Below are positions 9,669 to 21,900 of a DNA stretch of 64,000 nt, piece after piece (positions within the stretch are counted from its first letter, which is position 1; every line of letters begins with the position of its first letter). This DNA comes from Pirellulales bacterium (GTDB taxonomy: Bacteria > Planctomycetota > Planctomycetia > Pirellulales > PALSA-1355), in NCBI GenBank assembly GCA_963733035.1, contig CAVTBU010000005.1:1664001-1728000 (forward strand), given 5' to 3'. Below the pieces are notes generated by a model that worked only from the letters and a program-made list of their open reading frames with translations, made no database searches and was not told the DNA's origin. Made by a program: the position numbers and the translations under genes.

Positions 9669-10928
9669 ATGGCCGCAAAACCGCGCATTGCCGTATTAGG
9701 TGGGGGCTTTGGTGGACTCGAGGCCTTGTTTTACTTAAAGCACGTATTGAAGGACCGGGCGGAGTTGAAGCTCCTGAGTGATCGGTCCCATTTCACGTTC
9801 AAGCCAAACACGATCTACATCCCCTTCGGCGAGCCGCCGGAGAAATATCAGATTGACCTCGTTCGACCGCTGCAACACCAGTCGATCGAATTGCTGCAGA
9901 CCTCGGTGCGGAATATCGACCCCGCGGCCAGGTCCGTCGAAACGGAGCGCGGCCCAATTGAGTTCGACTATCTGGTTGTCGCCACGGGCGCCAAAATGCG
10001 GCCCGAAGAAGTTCCCGGCCTGGCCGAGCATGGCGTGACGGTGTGGACGCCAGACCAAATGCTGGTGCTCCGCGACCGCATCGCCCAGGTGATCGACCGC
10101 GCAAAAGATGGGAATCGTTCGAAGGTTTTATTTCTCGTGCCGCCCAACAATCGTTGCTCGGGGCCGCTATACGAAATGGTTTGTATGCTCGATACGTATC
10201 TCCGCCGGCGAGAATGCCGCGAAGCGGTGGACCTTGTCTTCGCCACCAAGGAAAACGCGTTCATCGAGGCGTTCGGACCGCGATTGAACACGGTTGTCTC
10301 CGAGGAATTCGCGGAACGGGGGATTGAAGGACACATCGGTCACATCGTGAAGGAGGTCGGTGAAAAGAGCGTTCGCTTTGAAAATGGCGCGGAGTTTCCG
10401 TACGATGTGCTGGTCAGTTTTCCGCCGTATGCGGCGGCCTGTCATTTTCCCGCGCTGCCGGCCGACGAGCGCGGGTTCGTCAAGGTCGATCCGTCGAGCC
10501 GGCGGGTCGACGGTTTGGAGCGGGTTTTTACGGTCGGCGACGCGGGCAACTTTCCGATCAAACAGGCCTTCCTGGCGCTGTTGCAGGCCGATGCGGCCGC
10601 CGATCATATTGCCGCCGAGGTTTTGGGGCGCAAGGCGGAAGTGGACTTTGTGCCAATGAGCATGTGCGTCATGGAGCAATTCGACAAAGCCGTGTTTGCC
10701 CAAGTGCCGCTGAGGTACACAGATGATCCCCAGCAACCGGTTGCCGTCGACGTGGAGGACACCGAACACTATAAGGTGGGCGTCTCACCGTTATGGCGCG
10801 TGGGAAAAAGCGCGCTGGGCTTCTACTTGCCATGGCGGTTCGGCAGCGGCAAGCCTTTCCACGCCGGGTTTGCCTGGAACATGATGGACCTGGGACTGAA
10901 GGCGATGTCCCGCGTAATGGCCGATTGA
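9669..10928 (+). CDS. FAD-dependent oxidoreductase, sulfide:quinone oxidoreductase (SQR)-like
   Basis: GGGFGG dinucleotide motif, DYLVVATG, RCSGPLYE (SQR CxGPxYE-like cysteine), VGDA, second Cys in MSMCVME; GGGAGG Shine-Dalgarno. Confidence 0.8.
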   Translation: MAAKPRIAVLGGGFGGLEALFYLKHVLKDRAELKLLSDRSHFTFKPNTIYIPFGEPPEKYQIDLVRPLQHQSIELLQTSVRNIDPAARSVETERGPIEFDYLVVATGAKMRPEEVPGLAEHGVTVWTPDQMLVLRDRIAQVIDRAKDGNRSKVLFLVPPNNRCSGPLYEMVCMLDTYLRRRECREAVDLVFATKENAFIEAFGPRLNTVVSEEFAERGIEGHIGHIVKEVGEKSVRFENGAEFPYDVLVSFPPYAAACHFPALPADERGFVKVDPSSRRVDGLERVFTVGDAGNFPIKQAFLALLQADAAADHIAAEVLGRKAEVDFVPMSMCVMEQFDKAVFAQVPLRYTDDPQQPVAVDVEDTEHYKVGVSPLWRVGKSALGFYLPWRFGSGKPFHAGFAWNMMDLGLKAMSRVMAD

Positions 10929-10938
10929 GGGAAGTCCC

Positions 10939-12078
10939 ATGACCGCTCGTCAGCGTGTTTTGCGTTCGGGAGTTTCGCGGTGGGCCGGCGTGGTTCGACG
11001 CGGCGCCATTTTTCTCGCCCTCGCCGCCGGAGTGAGCGTACTGCTCTTTTGGCTGGCCGGCAGCTTCGCCCCGAAAGTACCAACTGACGTCCCGCACGCG
11101 GTGACGTCGCGAACGCCGGCCGGCGCCCAGCGCGTCGTACCGGTGCGATTGGTGAAGCTTCCTCGCTCCGAAAGCGCGGTGGGAACGATCCGCGCCGTGC
11201 ATGAGACCAGCATCGGGTCGAAGCTGTTGGCCCGGGTCGTCGAGGTCGACCTCAAGGCGGGTCAAAACGTCAAGAAGGGAGACGTGTTGGTGCGCCTGGA
11301 TGACTCCGATCTGCAGGCCAGGCTGAAGCAGGCGCAGGCGGCGATGACGTCCGCGGACGCCGCCCGAGCGCAGGCCGAGGCGGACGTAGCTCGGTTTGCC
11401 AATTTGCGAAAGGCCAATGCAATTAGCGAGCAGGACTACGAGCGGGCGGTCACGGCGCTCAAGTCGGCCGACGCCGACCTGCGACGTTCGCGCGAAGCCG
11501 TTAATGAAGTGCAGGCCACGCTCGACTTTGCCACGGTGCGGTCAACGATGGACGGTATCGTGATCGACAAGAAGGTAGACGTGGGCGACATGGTTTCGCC
11601 AGGTGAGATTCTGGCCACGATTTTTGATCCGCAGAGAATGCAACTGGTGGCCAGCGTACGTGAGGCGCTGGCGGTTCAACTCAAAGTCGGGCAACCGATC
11701 GAAGTTCAGTTCGAAAACTTCAACCGGCAATGCACCGGCACCGTGAGCGAAATCGTGCCCGAAGCTCAGGCCGCCAGTCGCACGTTTCAGGTCAAGGTAA
11801 CCGGTCCCTGTCCCGAGGGTGTCTACAGCGGCATGTTCGGACGCGTTTTGATTCCGCTCGAAGACGAACAAGTGCTCGTCATTCCTCGCGGCGCGGTGCG
11901 GCACGTCGGCCAACTCGAATTGGTAGACGTCGTGGAAAATGGGACCTTGAAGCGTCGGGCCATCCGCAGCGGGCGTGCCATCGACGGAAAGGTCGAAGTG
12001 CTTTCCGGGTTGCGCGAAGGAGAATTGGTTGAACTACCGGCTGGCGCCACGGCCGGGCGAGAGGCGATTCATGGCTGA
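10939..12078 (+). CDS. RND efflux periplasmic adaptor (membrane fusion protein)
   Basis: N-terminal TM anchor, lipoyl half-motif VKKGDVLVRLDD, coiled hairpin, RTFQVKV, GMFGRV, VEVLSGLREGE. Confidence 0.93.
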   Translation: MTARQRVLRSGVSRWAGVVRRGAIFLALAAGVSVLLFWLAGSFAPKVPTDVPHAVTSRTPAGAQRVVPVRLVKLPRSESAVGTIRAVHETSIGSKLLARVVEVDLKAGQNVKKGDVLVRLDDSDLQARLKQAQAAMTSADAARAQAEADVARFANLRKANAISEQDYERAVTALKSADADLRRSREAVNEVQATLDFATVRSTMDGIVIDKKVDVGDMVSPGEILATIFDPQRMQLVASVREALAVQLKVGQPIEVQFENFNRQCTGTVSEIVPEAQAASRTFQVKVTGPCPEGVYSGMFGRVLIPLEDEQVLVIPRGAVRHVGQLELVDVVENGTLKRRAIRSGRAIDGKVEVLSGLREGELVELPAGATAGREAIHG

Positions 12079-15000
12079 GCATGACCTCGGTTCCTCGCTT
12101 CAAGAACACAACTTCACCAACAAGATCGTCAAGATCTTCCTGGAGTCGAATCTCTCGCTGATTCTGATCTTGTTGGCCACCGTCATCGGCATCGCCGCAC
12201 TGGTGCTGACGCCACGCGAGGAAGACCCACAGATCGTGGTTCCGCTGGCCGACATCTACGTCAACTTCCCCGGACATTCGGCGGCCGAAGTTGAACAACT
12301 GGTTGCGACGCCCCTCGAGAAAATACTGTTCCAAATCGACGGCGTCGAATACGTCTATTCCATGAGCCGCGAGGACCAGGCGATCATCACGGTCCGCTTC
12401 TATGTCGGCGAGGACCGCGAGCGCAGCCTGGTAAAGCTGTACAAGAAGATCGACGAAAACGTCGACATCGTGCCCAGAGGCGTGACCGGCTGGGTTGTGA
12501 AACCCGTCGAAATTGACGACGTGCCGGTCACCACCTTGACGCTGGCCAGTGGCAAGGCCGACGACATGACGCTGCGCCGGGTGGCCGAGGAACTTTCCCA
12601 GCGATTGGCAACCATTCCCGACGTTTCGCGGGCGTACGTGGTGGGCGGCCGGCGGCGCGTCGTGCAAGTACTGATGGATCCGGACCGAATGGCCGGCTAC
12701 CACGTTTCGCCGCTGGAACTGGAGCGAGCGATTCGGGCCACGAACGTGCGACAGATGGCCGGAGACTTTCGGTCGCAGGACCGGCTGATCCGCGTCGACG
12801 TGGGTCAGCGCTTCGACGATGCTCGACAACTGAACGATCTGGTCGTGGGCGTATTCGACGGTCGTCCGGTGTTTCTCAAGGACGTGGCACGCATCGTAGA
12901 CGGTCCGGACGAAGTGGCCAACTACGTGCGTCACGGCTGGGGACCGGCGCATGGGTTCACCAAGCACGAGTATTTTCCGAGCACCACGCTGGCCGAGGCG
13001 GAACGTCCGACCGAGCCAGCGAAAGATGGCGGCGTTTCGCAATCGGCCGTCACGATTGCCGTCGCCAAGAAGAAAGGCTCGAACGCCGTTTGGGTAGCGG
13101 ACGCAGTACTCGAGAAGGCCGAGGAACTGGACGCCAGCATCGTGCCGGATGACATTGAAATGGTCGTGACTCGTAATTACGGTCTGACCGCCGACGAGAA
13201 GGTGAACGAACTTGTTGAAGGCCTGGCGGTGGCGATTCTGATTGTCGTGGCGCTGCTGACCGTGGGGCTGGGATGGCGCGAGGCACTGATTGTGGCCGTG
13301 GCCGTGCCGGTCGTTTTCGGCCTGACATTGGCGGTGAATCTGCTGCTCGGATTCACGATCAATCGTGTGACGCTATTTGCCTTGATCCTCTCGCTGGGTT
13401 TGTTGGTCGACGACCCGATCGTCGACGTCGAAAACATCACGCGGCACTTCGCGCTGCGAAAGCGCGCGACCAGGCGAATCGTGCTGGAAGCGGTGGCCGA
13501 AATTCGCCCACCGCTGATCACGGCCACCCTGGCCGTAATCGTCAGCTTTCTGCCGATGTTCTTCATCACCGGCATGATGGGTCCTTACATGCGGCCGATG
13601 GCGCTCAACGTGCCGGTGACCATGCTGATGTCGATGGTCGTGGCGTTTACGATCACGCCCTGGCTCGCCTACCACGGTCTGCGCCGCAAGTACCGCTCGG
13701 GCGGTTCCGACTCCGACGCGCACCACGACCCGCACGACCTGGAGGCGATCAAGCAATCGCGCCTCTACAAGGTATTCTATCCGTTGATGGCGCCGCTGCT
13801 TCATTCGCGGCTGATCGCCTGGTCGTTTTTGCTTGCGATGTTCGCGCTGACCGTCGGCGCAATGGGGCTGGCTGCCGTGCGAAGCGTGCCACTCAAGATG
13901 CTGCCGTTCGACAACAAGAACGAGTTGCAAGTCGTGCTCGACTTCGATGAAGGGACAACGCTGGAGCGATCCGATGCGGCGGTGCGCGACATGGAGGCCT
14001 ACCTGGCCGGCGTAACCGAAGTTGCCGATTTCACAAGCTACGTGGGGGTGGCGTCGCCGATCGACTTCAACGGACTCGTCCGACATTATTACTTGCGCAA
14101 GGTGACAACGTCGCCGATATTCGCATCAATCTGGCCGGCAAAAGGAACCGGGATTTGCAGAGCCACGGCATCGGGTTGCGGATGCGCAACGACTTGCAGC
14201 AGATTGCCGACCGCCACAGGGCTCGGATGAAGCTGGTCGAGACGCCGCCCGGCCCGCCTGTGATCGCCAGTGTTGTCGCCGAAATCTACGGGCAACCGGA
14301 TAACCGCTACGAGGATTTGCTGCTGGCGGCCGATACGGTTCGGGCGCGGCTGGCGGAGGAACCGGGCGTGGTCGATGTCGACGACATTCGTGAGTCGCCC
14401 GAGGAGAAGTTGATTTTCGTGACCGATTCGGAGAAGGCCGCCCTGAACGGAATATCGGCCGATGTGATCGCCAGCACGCTAGAGGCCGCACTCGGCGGCT
14501 CAACCGTCGGTCTCATGCGCAGCGACACCGAGCGCAATCCGCTCCGCATCGAGCTGCGGGTGCCGGTCGCGCGACGAAGCAGTGAAATCGACCTGGCTCG
14601 CCTGGAAGCGAAAGGGGAAAACGGCCAACTCGTTCCGCTGGCCGAGCTGGGTCGTTGGGAAAACACGCGCGTCGATCAGATGATCTACCACAAGAATCTG
14701 CAACGCGTGGCCTACGTGTTTGCTGAAACGGCCGGCCGGCCGCCGGCCGACGTCGTTGTCGACGTGCTGGTGGATCGCGATCACTCCGGCCGCATGCCAA
14801 CGGCGGCCAAGATGGTAGGTGAGGGCTGGGTAGCTGATGCGCCAGCGCGACCTGTGGACGAGCGAACTTTTCTGTCCAACGGCGGAGGGATTGCCTGGGC
14901 GCTGCCGGCAGCCTTCACCGTGGATTTCGCCGGCGAGGGAGAATGGAAGATTACCCTGGACGTGTTCCGCGACCTGGGACTCGCCTTTGCCGCCGCGATG

Positions 15001-15579
15001 GTCGCCATTTACATTCTGCTGGTGGCCCAGATGGGGTCTTTCGTCATTCCGCTAGTTGTCATGCTGGCAATTCCACTCACGATTCTCGGCGTCATGCCGG
15101 GATTCTGGCTGCTCAACGTATTGCACGCCGAACACATGGGAGGGTATCTCGACCCGGTCTATTTCACGGCCACCGGCATGATCGGCATGATTGCTCTGTC
15201 GGGCATTGTGACCCGAGATTCAATCATTCTGGTCGACTTCATTCACCTGTCGCTGGGACGCGGGCGTTCGCTGTTCGATGCGATCATGGAGAGCCGCGTC
15301 GTTCGTTTGCGACCGATCCTGCTGACTGCCAGCGCGGCGATGTTGGGTGCCACGCCGATCATCATCGACCCGATTTTCTCCGGCCTGGCCTGGTCGTTGA
15401 TTTTCGGGCTGTTTGCCTCGACGCTATTCACGCTGTTTGTGATTCCGGTCGCCTATTGGCTGCTTTATGCGAACACGCCCGGGCATGGCTTGCCCCAATC
15501 GCTGATGGAGCAGGAAGATCAAGCCTACGAGCAGCGCGCCCGAGCAGCGCAAACCGGGAGTGCGGCGGGCGTGTCATGA
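12071..15579 (+). CDS. RND efflux permease (AcrB/AcrD/AcrF family), apparent -1 frameshift near 14095-14100
   Basis: PREEDPQI, LGLLVDDPIVDVENI (TM4), RLRPILLTA; ORFs 11975-14230 and 14155-15579 join as YYLR(Q)GDNVADIRINL with one base missing. Start overlaps the MFP stop. Confidence 0.92.
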
Positions 15580-15611
15580 GCAGTTCGCGTCACTGGTGCG
15601 AAGGAGGCCGT

Positions 15612-17198
15612 TCAAGCGCTCGGTCCCGCGGACTTCACCGCGTCGCTGCAGCCGGCTTCGTAGGTAGCGAAGTTCTCGCGGAACAAATCGGCCAACTTGT
15701 GGGCCATGATGTCGTACGCGGAGGTGTGCGTCCAGGTATTACGCGGAACCAAAATCCTGTCCGGGATACCACCGCATCTGGTGACGACGTGAAAGCCGAA
15801 AATGGGATCGACTTCCGTGGGAGCATCGGCCAATTCCCCGGTGTGAATAGCATCGATCAGCGCTCGGGTATGAGCCAGCTTCATTCGATGGCCAACGCCG
15901 AAAGCGCCACCGCTCCAACCGGTGTTTACCAGCCACACGTTGGTTTTGTGCTGTTCCAACTTGGCGGCAAGTAGCTCGGCGTATTTGGCCGGGTGCCAAA
16001 CCAGAAACGGTCCGCCGAAACAGGGCGAGAACGTGGCTTGCGGCTCGGTCACACCCACCTCGGTGCCGGCAACCTTGGCTGTGTACCCGCTAATGAAGTG
16101 ATACATCGCCTGTTCGGGGGTCAGGCGGCTGATCGGGGGCAAGACGCCGAACGCGTCGCACGTCAGAAAAATCACGTTGCTGGGATGCTCTCCCAGGCAG
16201 GGGAGCTTGGCGTTCGAAATGAACTCGATGGGGTAGGCGCCGCGTGTGTTTTCTGTGATCGACGAGTCGTTAAAGTCGACCGTGTGGTCGTATTGATGGT
16301 ACACCACGTTCTCAAGCACCGACCCATAACGCAGCGCCTGAAATATTTCCGGCTCTGAATCGGGCGACAGAAAGATCGCCTTGGCGTAGCATCCTCCTTC
16401 GATATTGAAGATGCCATGGTCGGTCCAGCAATGTTCGTCGTCTCCGATGAGCAGTCGCTTGGGGTCGGCCGAGAGCGTGGTCTTGCCCGTTCCCGATAGG
16501 CCGAACATGATGGTTGTGCTGCCGGTTTCGCGATCGGCCGTGGCCGAGCAATGCATCGAGAGCACACCGCGCTTGGGCATGAAATAGTTCATCATCGTGA
16601 ACACGCCCTTCTTCATTTCGCCGGCGTATTCGGTGCCCAGAATCACCATCTCGCCCGTTTCGAGATCGAGGTCGACGCTCGTTTTTGAAGTCATGCCCGA
16701 GGTGTAACGGTTCGCCGGGAAGTGGCCCGCGTTGTAGATCACGAAGTCCGGCTGGCCAAAATTCTCCAGTTCGACGTGGGTGGGCCGCACCAGCATGGTG
16801 TCCATAAACAAGGCATGATACGGCCGCGAACAGATGATCCGTACCTTCCTTCGATATTCCGGATCCCAGCCGGCAAAGGCATCCACGACATACAATCGTT
16901 CGCGCGTATTCAAGTAGTCGATGGCCCGTTCGCGGTTGATCCGGAAGGTGTCCTCCTGGATCGCCACATTGACCGTGCCCCACCAGATGTCGTGTTCCGA
17001 AGGGGCATTGCTGACGATCCGCTTGTCCTTGGGCGAGCGGCCGGTCTTGGCGCCCGAATAGGCAATCAGCGCGCCGCTAGCGGCAATGGCCGAATCGGGT
17101 TCCGTGCGAATTGCCTCTTGATACAATTTGGCCGGCACCATGTTGCGCTGGATGTCGCGCACCGTGATCTCGGGAATTGTCAGCCTGTCAACGCTCAT
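15612..17198 (-). CDS. pckA: Phosphoenolpyruvate carboxykinase (ATP)
   Basis: KTGRSPKDK, YAGEMKK, GLSGTGKTTLS, IGDDEH, NIEGGCYAK, ENTRGAYP. Confidence 0.97.
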   Translation of the reverse strand: MSVDRLTIPEITVRDIQRNMVPAKLYQEAIRTEPDSAIAASGALIAYSGAKTGRSPKDKRIVSNAPSEHDIWWGTVNVAIQEDTFRINRERAIDYLNTRERLYVVDAFAGWDPEYRRKVRIICSRPYHALFMDTMLVRPTHVELENFGQPDFVIYNAGHFPANRYTSGMTSKTSVDLDLETGEMVILGTEYAGEMKKGVFTMMNYFMPKRGVLSMHCSATADRETGSTTIMFGLSGTGKTTLSADPKRLLIGDDEHCWTDHGIFNIEGGCYAKAIFLSPDSEPEIFQALRYGSVLENVVYHQYDHTVDFNDSSITENTRGAYPIEFISNAKLPCLGEHPSNVIFLTCDAFGVLPPISRLTPEQAMYHFISGYTAKVAGTEVGVTEPQATFSPCFGGPFLVWHPAKYAELLAAKLEQHKTNVWLVNTGWSGGAFGVGHRMKLAHTRALIDAIHTGELADAPTEVDPIFGFHVVTRCGGIPDRILVPRNTWTHTSAYDIMAHKLADLFRENFATYEAGCSDAVKSAGPSA

Positions 17199-17307
17199 CC
17201 ATGCTCCTTGGTAAGACCGATCACACTGATTCCAAGCGGCGCCGGTGCATGAACTCTATCGGTCGGTGCGCACAAGAGCAACTGCCCGTCGACGGTAGCG
17301 CGGATGG

Positions 17308-17324
17308 TGTGCCAGAGTGGCACA
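17308..17324. promoter_or_regulatory. Perfect palindrome TGTGCCA-N3-TGGCACA upstream of pckA, candidate operator
   Basis: 7-3-7 inverted repeat ~110 bp upstream of the pckA start. Confidence 0.45.
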
Positions 17325-17368
17325 GTGACTCCCACACCCGATCACCATTGCCGCGGAAGGCAACCAGC

Positions 17369-18840
17369 TCAGGCGAGCAATTCGGAAATGACCTTCGCCG
17401 GTTCGACGCCCGTTAGCCGCTGATCCAGGCCCTGGTGCTTGTAGGTGAAACGCTCGTGGTCGTAGCCTAACAGCTTCAGCACCGTGGCATGGAAGTCGTG
17501 AATGTGAACCGGATCCTTGACGATGTTGTAAGAAAAGTCATCTGTTTCGCCGTAGATCGTGCCTCCTTTGGCACCACCGCCGCACATCCACATGGTGAAG
17601 CACCGCGGATGGTGGTCGCGGCCGTAATTCTTCTTCGAGAGGCCTCCCTGCGAGTAGATCGTGCGGCCGAACTCGCCACCCCAGATGATCAGTGTGTCGT
17701 CGAGCAGGCCGCGGGCACGCAAATCCTCGATCAGGCCGTGGCAGGGCTGGTCGATGTCACGGCATTGGTCCGGCAGCCGGCCGGCTACGTTCGAATGGGT
17801 ATCCCAATTGTTGAGATACACCTGGATAAAACGCACGCCCCGCTCGACCATTCGACGGGCCAATAGCGCGGTTTGGGCGAACGTGCCCGGTTTGCGAGCT
17901 TCCTCGCCGTAGAGTTGGTAAGTCGACTCCGGCTCGTCACTCGTATCCGTTAAGTTTGGAACGCTCGCTTGCATGCGGAAGGCGAGCTCGTATTGTTGGA
18001 TGCGAGTGTGCGTCTCTGGATCGCCTACCTGCCGGTAGTTGATTTCGTTTAGCGCCGCAATCCATCGAGCGTCGTGCGGCGCACCTGGCTGGGAACGCCT
18101 TCGGGATTGTTGATGTACAGAATTGGATCACCGCCGGAGCGGAACGACACGCCGGCGTGTTCGCCGGGCAGATACCCGGCCGACCAGAGCCGCGCGGAGA
18201 TCGCTTGCACCTGTTCGGTATTGGTCGGTTTGGCCACCAGCACCACGAACGTGGGCAAATCCTCGTTGAGCGATCCCAGGCCGTACGAGGCCCAGGCCCC
18301 CAGGCAGGGCCGCCCGGTGACCTGGTTGCCGGTTTGCATATAGCTGATGGCCGGCTCGTGGTTGATGGCCTCGGTGTGCATGCTGCGGATAAAGCACATG
18401 TCGTCGGCGTTCTTTGCGAGGTTCGGCAATAGCTCGCTGAACCACATGCCGCATTGACCATGCTGGGCAAACTTGAACATCGACGGCGCGATCGGAAACC
18501 GCTTTTGGCCGGACGTCATCGTGGTCAGCCGCTGTCCCATCCGCACGCTGTCGGGCAGGTCCTTGTCGTAATACTCCTGCATCTGCGGCTTGTAGTCGAA
18601 CAGGTCCATCTGCGAAGGACCACCAACCATGTGCAGATAAATGACGTGTTTGGCCTTCGGCGCAAAATGCGGCGCAACCGCACCGGCGAAACCGCCGCCG
18701 TCACCCAGCGTGGCCGCGAGGGCCGACGTGCCTTCGCCCATCAGCGAAGCCAGCGCGGCCATGCCGAGCGCGTTCGCTCCGTGCCTAAAGAACTGCCGGC
18801 GAGTTTCGGTGCGGACCCATTCGGTGAACAGCGGGTTCAT
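17369..18840 (-). CDS. DUF1501 domain protein (Tat-exported, sulfatase-like fold), apparent -1 frameshift near 18052-18056
   Basis: Tat motif [49 protein letters not shown]; ORFs 18049-18840 and 17369-17974 join as LDGLR(A)LNEI. Confidence 0.9.
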
Positions 18841-18903
18841 GGGTTGTCCTTCCGTTTGCGATCGGGTGGCTTGTCGGTTCTTGGGAAAAAGCGGGGTCGA
18901 GAA

Positions 18904-21900
18904 CTACTTATTCACGACTTCGTCGAGGTTCATCAATTCGTTGGTGAGCATCGTCCAGCCGGCCAGGGTGGCCGGATCGAGCTCGGCGATCGGCTTGGCC
19001 TGGCCAGTCGCGATCAGTTTTTTGGCATCGTCCGGATGCTCGCTGTAAAAGCTCAACAGCGTAGCGAGCGACCCTGTGACGATCGACGATTCTTCAGGTG
19101 CCAGTGGCCGGCAAAGCAACCGCCTGGCAATGAAGTCTACGCGGCTGGCATCGCTATCACCTCCCTCGGTCAAGGCTCGCGCGGCCAGCCGCCGGGCCGC
19201 TTCGACGAATTGCGGGTCGTTCAGCGTGACCAACGCCTGTAGCGGCGTGTTGGTCCGCTCTCGCTGAACCGTGCAGACTTCACGACTGGGGGCATTGAAG
19301 ATTTCCATCGATGCCGGCGGAGCGGCTCGCTTCCAGAACGTGTACATGCTGCGGCGGTAAAGGCTTTCGCCTTCGTCCTGCTTGTAGTTGCGGGTGTTGC
19401 TGCCGATCATCGCCACGGCTTCCCACACACCGTCGGGCTGGTAAGGCCGCACGCTGGGGCCGCCAATTTTGTCGACCAACAGGCCGCTCGCCGCCAGGGC
19501 ATAGTCGCGCACCATTTCGGCGTCCATGCGGAACCTCGGACCACGCGACAACAAATGGTTTTCGCGATCCTTCTCCAGCTTTTCGGGTGTCACCTCGGCC
19601 GATTGTCGATACGTGGCCGATGTCACGATCAGGCGGAATAGCTTCTTCACATCCCAGCCGCCTTCGCGGAACTCCACGGCCAGCCAATCGAGCAACTCCG
19701 GGTGCGTCGGAAGCCGACCCGCGACGCCGAAATCGCCGGCGGTAGCCACCAGGCCCGTGCCGAACACCTCCTGCCAAAAGCGGTTGACCGTAACGCGCGC
19801 TGTGAGCGGATGTTCAGGACTCAAAAGCCACTGGGCCAGGCCAAGCCGGTTGCGGGGTAGCTCGTCGGCGAACTTGGGGAAGGCTGCCGGGGTGTTCGGC
19901 TTTACTTCCTCGCGCCGTTTATCGTATTCACCACGATACAGTACGTAGGCCATCGCCGGCTCGGTCTTTTCCTGCGAAACGTGGGCAATCGTGGCTCGCT
20001 GCTTGATGGCGGCTTCGGTCGCTTCCAAGGCACGCTTCGCGCCGACGAGCTGGCCATATACCGGATCGGCCTTGTCGAGCCACCAGCCATACAACTCCTC
20101 GTTCTCCGCGCTGCTGCGCCCTCGGCCGGCAGACCGACGAGGTACGCGGCCCGGCTCAGGCTGGCCAGCGAAGCGACTTCATCGGCACCCAGCACGCGGG
20201 TATAGATCCGCAGGTCCTGCAGTGCCAAATCATCGAGACGCGCTGGCGTTTCGCTGCGCCAGCTTGAACGGCACTTGCGTGCGGATGGAATGCTTGAGCG
20301 TATCGGCGGCCACTTCCACGTCTTGCTGCGCACCGTCCAAGTAGATCCGCACTCCCTTGGCGCTTCCCTGACCGTCGTACGTGACCGTGACGTAGTGCCA
20401 CTTGCCGGCTTCCAGGGCCTTCTTGCTGATCACCTTCACGGCGTCATCGGGCCATTTGTGAATAATGTGCGTGGCCGGGCGCCCTCGATCGAGCCACAAG
20501 TCCCAGCCACGATGCTCGCTACTCTCGTCCATGCGGGCGACGACTGCTCCCGATAAGTCGGCGCGGGGCACTTTCACCCAGGCACTGCAACTGAAGGCCT
20601 GGTCCTTTTCGAAGTCGCCCACGGCCGGAACGGAGACGTTCGTCTCGGGTCGCGACTTGAACGCCTTTGCACTGATCACTCCGGCGTCGTAGTTGGGCTC
20701 GGAACCCAGCGAAACGTTCTGCACCTCGCCCTGCACGGCCAACGTAAGTTGATTGTTTGAGCACTCACCCAGCGGCGCATGCAACACAAGGCCTGCGTGG
20801 TCGACCTTTGATTTCAGTTCGCCCGGCGTCACCTTGGCCAACCAGGCATTGAAGTCGCCGCGGGCATCGGCACGGCGCGCGTCCACTTTTTGCTGAGCGG
20901 CCGAAAGCTCGCTCGGCAGTGCCTCCCAGGCTTCGCGATCCTTGTCCATGGGAACGACAATGATCGGCGGCGTGTCCTTGATGTTTCCGTCCATGGCTCC
21001 TTGCGTCGTGTTATTGAAGAACGCCGCCATCTCGTAGAATTCCTCCTGCGTGATGGGGTCAAACTTGTGATCGTGGCACACGGCACAACCGGCTGTCATG
21101 CCCAGCCACACCTGCGACATCGTCTCGGTGCGGTCGCGGGTGTAGAGCACCAGATACTCTTCGGGAATCACGCCCCCCTCGTTCGTGGTCATGTTGCAGC
21201 GGTTGAAGCCCGAGGCAATCAATTGATCGAGCGTCCGGTTGGGCAGCAAGTCGCCGGCCAACTGTTCGATCGTGAACTCGTCAAACGGCATGTTGCGATT
21301 AAAGGCATCGATGACCCAATCGCGATACGACCACATCTCGCGGAAGTTGTCGAAGTGGATGCCGTGCGTGTCCGCATACCGGGCCGCGTCCAGCCAATAG
21401 CGGCCGCGATGCTCGCCCCACTTGGACGAACCGAGCAGTTGATCGACATAGCGTTCGTAGGCGTCCGAGGCCGCGTCGTTGACGAATGCCTCGACGTCCG
21501 CCGGCTCGGGAGGCAGGCCGGTCAGGTCGAGACTCAACCTGCGAGCCAGCGTCCGACGGTCCGCCTCGGGCGCCGGAGTCAAACCCGCGGCCTCGAGCTT
21601 CGCCAGCACAAACTCATCAATTGGGTTGCGCGGCCAGGCCTTGTTTTGCACTGGCGGCACGGCCGGCCGCGTGGGCGGGATCAACGACCAGTGCGGCTCG
21701 TACTCGGCTCCCGCGGCGATCCATTTGGCGAGCAGGACCTTCTGCTCGGGCGTCAGTTTCTTGTGGGTTTCCGCCGGCGGCATCTGCATCGACTCGTCGT
21801 CGGAGGTGATCCGTTCGACGAGCGCGCTTTCGGCCGGTTTGCCGGGAACGATGGCGCCCACCTCCACCGCGGCATCGCGCTTGTCGAGCCGCAAGTCGGC

